Of a DNA stretch of 13,549 nt, positions 8,801 to 13,549 are shown one piece after another (positions within the stretch are counted from its first letter, which is position 1; every line of letters starts with the position of its first letter). The notes under the pieces were generated by a model, which saw nothing but the letters and a program-made list of their open reading frames with translations, was not told the DNA's origin and did no database searches. The stretch covers positions 1 to 13,549 of the forward strand of contig CAWBQK010000014.1 of the NCBI GenBank assembly GCA_963791045.1, given 5' to 3'. The position numbers and the translations under genes are program-made. This DNA comes from Candidatus Latescibacterota bacterium (GTDB lineage: Bacteria > Krumholzibacteriota > Krumholzibacteriia > WVZY01).

Positions 8801-9137
8801 CGAAAACTTCGACGGTTCCGGTTATCCAGGACGACTTCAGGGAGATTCGATACCGATCGAGGCAAGAATTGTCCGCATTGCGGACTCGCTCAAAGCGCTT
8901 ATTTCCGAGCGGCCGTATCAGCGGAAATACACTTTTGACGAAGCTATTGAAATACTCAAGCACCGTTCCGGCTCGTTTTTCGATCCGACGATAATGGCGG
9001 CGTTCATTGAAGCGATGAACGAATGCGCGCCCGGAGTCATCGTCGAGTCGAGTTCATCGTGCGAACCATCGAGCATGGTCATCGCGGAACCGGAAACAAA
9101 CGAGAGCCGGACAAGCAACACGCCCGAACCCGCGTAG
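5826..9137 (+). CDS. Paralogous membrane sensor histidine kinase with C-terminal GAF and degenerate HD-GYP domain (TM-GAF-HisKA-HATPase-GAF-[YD]-GYP), 1103 aa
   Basis: About 7 hydrophobic segments, then a coiled coil and a GAF; H-box SHEFRTPLTSIKAY; NLLHNASKFS; DDGIGIP; GGSGLGL; second GAF (VGEGISGKVV...SVPI...GVVNV); YDLG...HHENFDGSGYP...RIVRIAD. Starts 24 nt after the previous stop; no strong SD, so the exact start is less certain. Confidence 0.92.
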   Translation: MSVFSQAIQFGEAGIAGYLLLMGVLGSLAFFSIWRGRKTLFGGVLVPLFYALLVFAAARVTFLNYRLVSVEANFARLLIFSVVGFASIYLFALTLIKLADRKAETTDEPEEKSDKPAINRTKVLFRETFYLGLVGAFLFVVRPSSESVASFALGVANFVVVGATIRLIAFAVGQIPRCPREMRIGLFAVMGVVTLSWILYEITPLVPEAPAYWTLVAARWADVLTMVLVTGTLFSTYVVWATQSHAAATQNRDEMQTAQSELAKINKIAKDIYEDSNDLMVKQKEQALASMKRADGLEKILEMGIAIQLRENLDDVLQLIVGLINKNVGFKTVTIRLLNEESQSFETRAHVGLSPEQQEEIVSYRIPMSEFEKMADPRFRISRSYFIKAENPWIGETLSAEATVLTESSWNEIEMLVVPLINDEESIAGYFTVENIEKPDQSLSDVIETLEHVAEMAVVGIRNAKIFEELKKKDDQLKSFTEKLTSLNKMKSNFVATISHEFRTPLTSIKAYCDTLIKNADSVDKELLKEFLFVIDEESGRLMTLVEDILDFSQIESGAMNFERRPCNLNQILNGATTELAKNFQLKEITLHQELPPTNLIIHAEKDLVKQLVVNLLHNASKFSKPGGNVWVRLEEEVAAARLIVEDDGIGIPEDQLDKVFEQFHQVDNTSTREHGGSGLGLALCRSIVDWHDGRIWVQNIQGGGARFVAVIPKKHVVVRSHVMNVSSTVRRFEIEKFLELIVENIAELMGSAKISLMLVDRITKELRIEGAIGIQKEVVEHARVKVGEGISGKVVAEGKPMLVEDIEADKRVARSNNEPVYGSKSFLSVPIVGDFEVLGVVNVSSPVGRPTYNERDLELLVLFAERLAIALGKLESFTNASTVYEETRETFQAILEAKRFVETRDNNLIVEIVARTARKLGLSDEMVIALPYILNVYDLGLASISSHILTKPRELSPQDREEIETHTILGNELLKSIEPDSNVRDIVLYHHENFDGSGYPGRLQGDSIPIEARIVRIADSLKALISERPYQRKYTFDEAIEILKHRSGSFFDPTIMAAFIEAMNECAPGVIVESSSSCEPSSMVIAEPETNESRTSNTPEPA

Positions 9138-9164
9138 AACCGGGTTGCCAGGGAGGAGCAACAA

Positions 9165-9542
9165 ATGGAAAAGGGCAAGATATTGGTCGTAGACGACGAA
9201 GTCTACATTCTTCACATCCTCGAATTCAGTCTCGGCGCCGAAGGTTTTCAGGTGATAACGGCGAACAACGGCGAGCTGGCCGTCGAGCGGGCGGTACAGG
9301 AACAGCCTGATCTCATCGTTCTCGATATCATGATGCCGGTGCTCGACGGGTACGAGACCTGCCGCCGCCTCAAACGACAGCCGGAGACAAAAGAAATCCC
9401 GGTGATTCTCCTCACGGCCAAGGGCCGAGAGGCGGACAAGCGTCTTGGTTATGAAGTTGGAGCGATCGACTACATTATCAAACCGTTCAGTCCGAGCCGT
9501 TTGATCGGACGCATCGAGGAAATAGTCGGATGCAGGAAATAA
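9165..9542 (+). CDS. Single-domain response regulator (REC only), 125 aa
   Basis: SD GGAGGAG 9152-9158. ILVVDDE, VLDIMMP, LLTAK and IKPF are all intact; there is no output domain. Confidence 0.95.
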   Translation: MEKGKILVVDDEVYILHILEFSLGAEGFQVITANNGELAVERAVQEQPDLIVLDIMMPVLDGYETCRRLKRQPETKEIPVILLTAKGREADKRLGYEVGAIDYIIKPFSPSRLIGRIEEIVGCRK

Positions 9543-9588
9543 GGGGCCGTCTAATTATCATCAATATCGGCATCATCTTCTGACGAAC

Positions 9589-9617
9589 TTGCCCCAGGGT
9601 ATCCCGGCGTCTATAAT
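9589..9617 (+). promoter_or_regulatory. Sigma70-type promoter for priA (probable leaderless transcript)
   Basis: TTGCCC (9589-9594) - 17 nt - TATAAT (9612-9617); an in-frame ATG at 9625 follows the -10 element after 7 nt. Confidence 0.65.
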
Positions 9618-9624
9618 GTCCGGG

Positions 9625-11862
9625 ATGCCTGTGACAACAAAATCCACCACCCATAATCAATTGCCCTTTGCGCTCGTTGCGCTGCCGGTCCCCGTCGCGA
9701 CGTGTTTCACGTATCGCATTCCCGACGAACTCATGGGGCGCGTTCACGCAGGCACACGCGTCGAGGTACCATTCGGCAGACGTATTCTTCCGGGGTTTGT
9801 CGTTGAGTTGTCCGCGTCGACCGATTTGAAAAGCGTCAAGCCGATACGCAAGATCCTCGACACATATCTCACCCCATCGCTCATTGAGCTTTCAAAGTGG
9901 ATGGCATCTTATTACGGGTGCTCGCTTGGTGAGGCCGCCCAGGCCGCGCTCCCGGCGAGTCTCAAACGGCCGTCTCGAAAGGGGCGCGTGGTGGGAGGAA
10001 TCGCCCTCGTCGATCCTGGCGGTTATCCAGGTGCTTATCGGGACAAGCTGCGGCGGGCGCCGCGGCAGCTTGCGCTGATCGACAAGCTCGCCGAAGCCGG
10101 TGGGAAATCGGACATCGACACCATAACGAAAGAGTGGGGATTCACCACGACTCTTGCCCGGTCGCTGGTTGAAAAGAAGATCGCGCGGTGGATCACGGAA
10201 ACGGTGGTGTCGCCGTTCGAGGGGTTGGAGGCGCCGGTTGAAAACCTCACATCCGAGCAACACAGCGCCCTCGCTGCGGTCCTCGAATCGGTCGAATCAA
10301 AAACATTCTCGCCCATGCTCCTCCACGGCGTCACGGGGAGCGGCAAAACCGAGGTCTATCTCCGCGCGGCCCGGCACGTCCTTGCGCAGGGTGGTGGGTG
10401 TATAGTTCTCGTCCCTGAAATCGGGCTTCTTCCCCAGGCGATTGCACGGTATAAGCGCTTATTCGGTGGTGAGTTAGCTGTTATTCACAGCCGGCTGACC
10501 GGGGGGGAGCGTTTTGAGATATGGGACCGGGTCGAGAAGGGCGCCTGCCGTCTCGTTCTCGGGCCGCGATCGGCGATTTTCAGCCCGATGAAGAATCTCC
10601 GGCTCATCGTTGTCGATGAAGAACAGGACGACTCTTACAAACAGGATGACAAACCGCGGTATCACGCGCGAAACGTCGCGCTGATGCGCGGCAAATTTGA
10701 AAAGCTCACTTGCTTGCTCGGGTCCGCCACGCCTTCGGCGGAATCGGTCCACCACGCTCTCGACGGGCGTTACAAATATTTGACGCTTCCCACGCGCGTT
10801 GGCGGCGCGCCGCTCCCCGACGTCACGTTTGTCGACTTGAAGGAAAACCCGATCGAAGGGGCGTCTTGTTCGTCGTACCTCCTCGAACGTCTTGAGGACA
10901 ACATAGACAAAGGGAATCAGAGCATTCTCTTTCTCAATAAGCGCGGGCATGCGCGGTTTATTCAATGCAATGTTTGCGGGTGGCTGGCGACTTGTAAAAA
11001 CTGCGACATCACATTAATCTATCACCGCGTGTCCAACCGTTTGAGATGTCATTTCTGCGGGTTCTCGCGTCCCGCGGTCAACCGCTGTGACGAGTGCGAC
11101 AGCCCAAAACTGTTCTTCGCGGGAGCCGGTACACAACGCGTCGAGCTCGACCTCGCTTCTCTCTTCCCAGGGGTCGGGATTCTCCGAATGGACGCCGATA
11201 CCACGGGAGGAAAGGACGGGCACCGCCGCGTGCTCGAGCAGTTCAGCACGGGGAAGTATCCGATTCTGATCGGAACGCAAATGGTTGCCAAGGGACATCA
11301 CTTCCCCGATGTCAACCTTGTCGGTGTCCTTTACGCGGAGGAGAGTCTCAACTATCCCGACTTCCGTTCGTCCGAAAGAACGTTTCAGCAGATCATCCAG
11401 GTTGCGGGACGGGCCGGCCGCGCCGGCAAGAAGGCGGAGGTCGTCGTGCAAACGTTCACACCGGAGCACTACGCGTTTTCGTTTTTGAAAGCGCACGACT
11501 ACAACGGCTTCATGAACGAAGAACTTGAGATAAGAAAGCAACTCAAATACCCGCCCTTCTCGCGAATCGTTCTTGCGTCGTGCAGCGCGCCGGACAAGGG
11601 TACACTTCACCGCGTAATCGAACGTTGGACGAATGAAATGCGGCGGCGGCTTGCACGCGCACCCGTTGAAGTTCTTGGACCGGCGCCGCCGCTCGTCGAG
11701 CGAGTCAAAAACAGATATCGCGAACAAGTACTCATCAAGGGTAGTCTCAACACGCGTCTCAAAGACGAACTGCTCGCGTTGTACCGAACGATCGCGGAAA
11801 GCGAGCGCGGGGGACGCTCGGTCGAAATGCGCTGGGATGTTGATCCCGAGTCGTTTTATTGA
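9625..11862 (+). CDS. priA: Primosomal protein N' (replication restart helicase PriA), about 745 aa
   Basis: N-terminal FTYRIP...G.RVEVPFG 3'-DNA-binding domain; Walker A LHGVTGSGKTEVY; LVPEI; DEEQD; SATPS; four CxxC zinc motifs (CNVC, CKNC, CHFC, CDEC); GTQMVAKGHHFP; QVAGRAGR; YPPF; C-terminal DVDP. Start is uncertain (9589 TTG, 9616, 9625 ATG, 9631 GTG); 9625 was chosen on promoter geometry. Confidence 0.97.
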   Translation: MPVTTKSTTHNQLPFALVALPVPVATCFTYRIPDELMGRVHAGTRVEVPFGRRILPGFVVELSASTDLKSVKPIRKILDTYLTPSLIELSKWMASYYGCSLGEAAQAALPASLKRPSRKGRVVGGIALVDPGGYPGAYRDKLRRAPRQLALIDKLAEAGGKSDIDTITKEWGFTTTLARSLVEKKIARWITETVVSPFEGLEAPVENLTSEQHSALAAVLESVESKTFSPMLLHGVTGSGKTEVYLRAARHVLAQGGGCIVLVPEIGLLPQAIARYKRLFGGELAVIHSRLTGGERFEIWDRVEKGACRLVLGPRSAIFSPMKNLRLIVVDEEQDDSYKQDDKPRYHARNVALMRGKFEKLTCLLGSATPSAESVHHALDGRYKYLTLPTRVGGAPLPDVTFVDLKENPIEGASCSSYLLERLEDNIDKGNQSILFLNKRGHARFIQCNVCGWLATCKNCDITLIYHRVSNRLRCHFCGFSRPAVNRCDECDSPKLFFAGAGTQRVELDLASLFPGVGILRMDADTTGGKDGHRRVLEQFSTGKYPILIGTQMVAKGHHFPDVNLVGVLYAEESLNYPDFRSSERTFQQIIQVAGRAGRAGKKAEVVVQTFTPEHYAFSFLKAHDYNGFMNEELEIRKQLKYPPFSRIVLASCSAPDKGTLHRVIERWTNEMRRRLARAPVEVLGPAPPLVERVKNRYREQVLIKGSLNTRLKDELLALYRTIAESERGGRSVEMRWDVDPESFY

Positions 11863-12056
11863 TTTTTTTCGCGCCGATTCCCTCCTTCCGACTGTACTTC
11901 ACGGCTTGCCATTCCGCCGCCCTGTTTAACCTTCTGAAAAATAATAAGATAGAGGCTTATTGTCGTGTGGCCGCTGGGAATTTCCATGACCGGCGACGGT
12001 CCGCCGCCACCCCTGCGATTGACTGATTTCACGACATGCGAAATCGACAAAAACCT

Positions 12057-12086
12057 TTGACACATAAGGGGTAGGCTCTCTAAAAT
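12057..12086 (+). promoter_or_regulatory. Sigma70-type promoter P1 upstream of the TPR gene
   Basis: TTGACA (12057-12062) - 18 nt - TAAAAT (12081-12086), in an AT-richer intergenic region. Confidence 0.6.
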
Positions 12087-12089
12087 ATC

Positions 12090-12118
12090 TTGACACTTTT
12101 GGCGGTTGTGATTATATA
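12090..12118 (+). promoter_or_regulatory. Sigma70-type promoter P2 upstream of the TPR gene
   Basis: TTGACA (12090-12095) - 17 nt - TATATA (12113-12118); perfect -35 and a 4/6 match to -10. Confidence 0.5.
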
Positions 12119-12359
12119 GAGAACAGGAACACCCCCATTTTATGGTATTTCTGTCTTTCTGCTGCGGTAAGATTACCCGTAAGAGGAACCTTCCTTAGGT
12201 CGAAAACTCAGCCTCCAGTTTATGGATCATCGAGTGCGGAATAATCTGCTGCTGAATCCAGTTTACAAGGTGACCTGTTGAATCGGGACGCGGCGTTGAC
12301 GAGTGTCACCCAACGACTTTTGGTGTTTCCACGGAATCTGAAACGGGAGGGATGATCGA

Positions 12360-13490
12360 ATGATGGTACGGATGATTGGAGCGATTCTTGTCATCGTGGC
12401 TATGGTTGGTATCGGATGTAAATCCGTCAACACCACGAGCGCGATTCTGCACAACCAGTCCGGCAGATACGACCTCGCCATTGAGACCGCCAACTCGGCG
12501 CTGGTTGAAAACCCCAACGACGCGGAAGCCGAATTTCAGCTGGGCATAGCGTACAGCTACCTCGACAGCGTCGGTGAGGCGTACGCGCATTTTTCCAGGG
12601 CGTCGGAACTCGAGCCCAAACGCGAGAAGGATGCCCGGAATAATATCCAGAGCAACTTCGCCAGGCATTATAACGTGGCGTTGAACCTTCTCCAGGATGA
12701 TGATTATATCAGCGCGGCCGAAGAGTTCGAAAAGTCGACTCTGGCTGATCCGACCGAGGCAAAAGGGTTCTTCCACCTCGGAACTACTTATACCTTACTG
12801 GGCGACTCTGACGCCGACCGCGGCGATGACGCGGCTGCCATCGAGTATTATGACAGGGCTGTCGTTTGCTTCGACCGCGTGCTCGAACTGGCGAATCCGT
12901 CGGACAAGAATTATGTCGATGCGCTGAGTTATGCGGGACAGGTTCTCGCCAAATCCGGGAAGCCCGAAGAAGCCGTTTCGCGGTTCAATCGTCTGGTCGA
13001 GGAAGATCCGACGAACTATCGTGTTATTGAAAAGATCGGCTACGACCAGTTGGACGCGAAAGACTGGAACGGAGCGGCGATTTTCCTGGACCTCGCGGCG
13101 CAGGCCAGGGCCAAGATTGGCGCCGAAGACTTCAATCTCTTTTACAACATGGGCGTGGCGTACTTCCAGATGGGCAAGGGTGACGAGGCTACGGGCGTAG
13201 CGGTCAATACGGAAGCATTGACCAAATCGGTGGAATACTACGAAAAAGCTCTCAATCTCAAGCCCGATGAACCACAGACAATTCGAAATATTGTCGTGGC
13301 GTATGTCTTTATCGAAGACTGGCGGATGGCGGCTGAGTGGGGAGAGCGTTACGTAGGGGTTTCCCCGGACGAACCCGATGGGTGGCGGTTGTTGACGCGG
13401 TGTTATAACGAATTAGGTGATAAAGAAAAAGCTCGCCGGTGTGAGCTCAGGTACGATGAACTGCGGCAGCGTGGGAGCAGCACGGAATAG
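12360..13490 (+). CDS. Tetratricopeptide-repeat (TPR) protein, putative lipoprotein, 376 aa
   Basis: SD GGAGG 12346-12350. N-terminal signal MMVRMIGAILVIVAMVGIG-C with Cys20 in a lipobox-like context. Multiple TPR-like units, e.g. AEAEFQLGIAYSYLDSVGEAYAHFSRASELEP, AKGFFHLGTTYTLLG, LFYNMGVAYFQMG, SVEYYEKALNLKPD, PDGWRLLTRCYNELGD. Confidence 0.85.
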   Translation: MMVRMIGAILVIVAMVGIGCKSVNTTSAILHNQSGRYDLAIETANSALVENPNDAEAEFQLGIAYSYLDSVGEAYAHFSRASELEPKREKDARNNIQSNFARHYNVALNLLQDDDYISAAEEFEKSTLADPTEAKGFFHLGTTYTLLGDSDADRGDDAAAIEYYDRAVVCFDRVLELANPSDKNYVDALSYAGQVLAKSGKPEEAVSRFNRLVEEDPTNYRVIEKIGYDQLDAKDWNGAAIFLDLAAQARAKIGAEDFNLFYNMGVAYFQMGKGDEATGVAVNTEALTKSVEYYEKALNLKPDEPQTIRNIVVAYVFIEDWRMAAEWGERYVGVSPDEPDGWRLLTRCYNELGDKEKARRCELRYDELRQRGSSTE

Positions 13491-13549
13491 CGCTTTTCCC
13501 GAACTTGCGGCTTTGAAATGGATTAGGTCTACGCCCGTTCGAACATCGT

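Noticed and set aside
640-9600. Signalling cassette as a recently acquired mobile island
   Set aside because: No integrase, transposase, tRNA target or flanking direct repeats, and base composition looks only modestly different from the flanking housekeeping genes by eye.
9589-9624. priA start at TTG 9589 or ATG 9616
   Set aside because: These codons coincide with the predicted -35 and -10 boxes, lack an SD, and add residues before the conserved N-terminal domain.
11860-11875. Intrinsic terminator after priA (T-run at the stop codon)
   Set aside because: No convincing GC-rich hairpin precedes the T-run; likewise no clear terminator was found after tsaD, the single-domain regulator or the TPR gene.
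12120-12359. c-di-GMP/cGAMP riboswitch or known structural RNA (tRNA, SRP, 6S, tmRNA)
   Set aside because: No GEMM-type GGCAAA...GAAA...GACGCAAA pattern, cloverleaf or other diagnostic motif was seen by eye; an Rfam scan would be needed to exclude it fully.
5826-13490. PEP-CTERM regulatory set (PrsK kinase, PrsR, PrsT TPR lipoprotein)
   Set aside because: Only a superficial resemblance (multi-TM GAF kinase, sigma54 site, TPR lipoprotein). There is no sigma54 activator or exosortase here, the H-boxes are ordinary HisKA type with extra HD-GYP domains, and priA separates the TPR gene.

Overview
Bacterial chromosomal window; all real genes lie on the + strand. Two housekeeping genes, a 5'-truncated tsaD (1-639) and priA (about 9625-11862), flank an ~8.6 kb five-gene signalling cassette headed by a near-consensus sigma54 (-24/-12) promoter. 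The cassette encodes: (1) a REC-GGDEF cyclase with a variant HIGGDDF active site; (2) a small sensor-less histidine kinase; (3, 4) two tandem paralogous membrane proteins with the unusual order TM-GAF-HisKA-HATPase-GAF-HD-GYP, whose HD-GYP domains have degenerated in different ways; (5) a single-domain response regulator closely related to the cyclase REC domain. The best candidate for an undescribed system is this closed phosphorelay/cyclic-dinucleotide circuit, in which the kinases may carry their own cyclic-dinucleotide-sensing pseudo-phosphodiesterase domains. One of these has an RxxQ motif recalled as a cGAMP-selectivity signature. priA appears to be expressed as a leaderless mRNA. Tandem sigma70-like promoters and a ~240-270 nt leader precede a TPR-repeat putative lipoprotein (12360-13490). 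No RNA genes, CRISPR arrays or mobile elements were recognised. All domain calls come from manual motif reading, not database searches.
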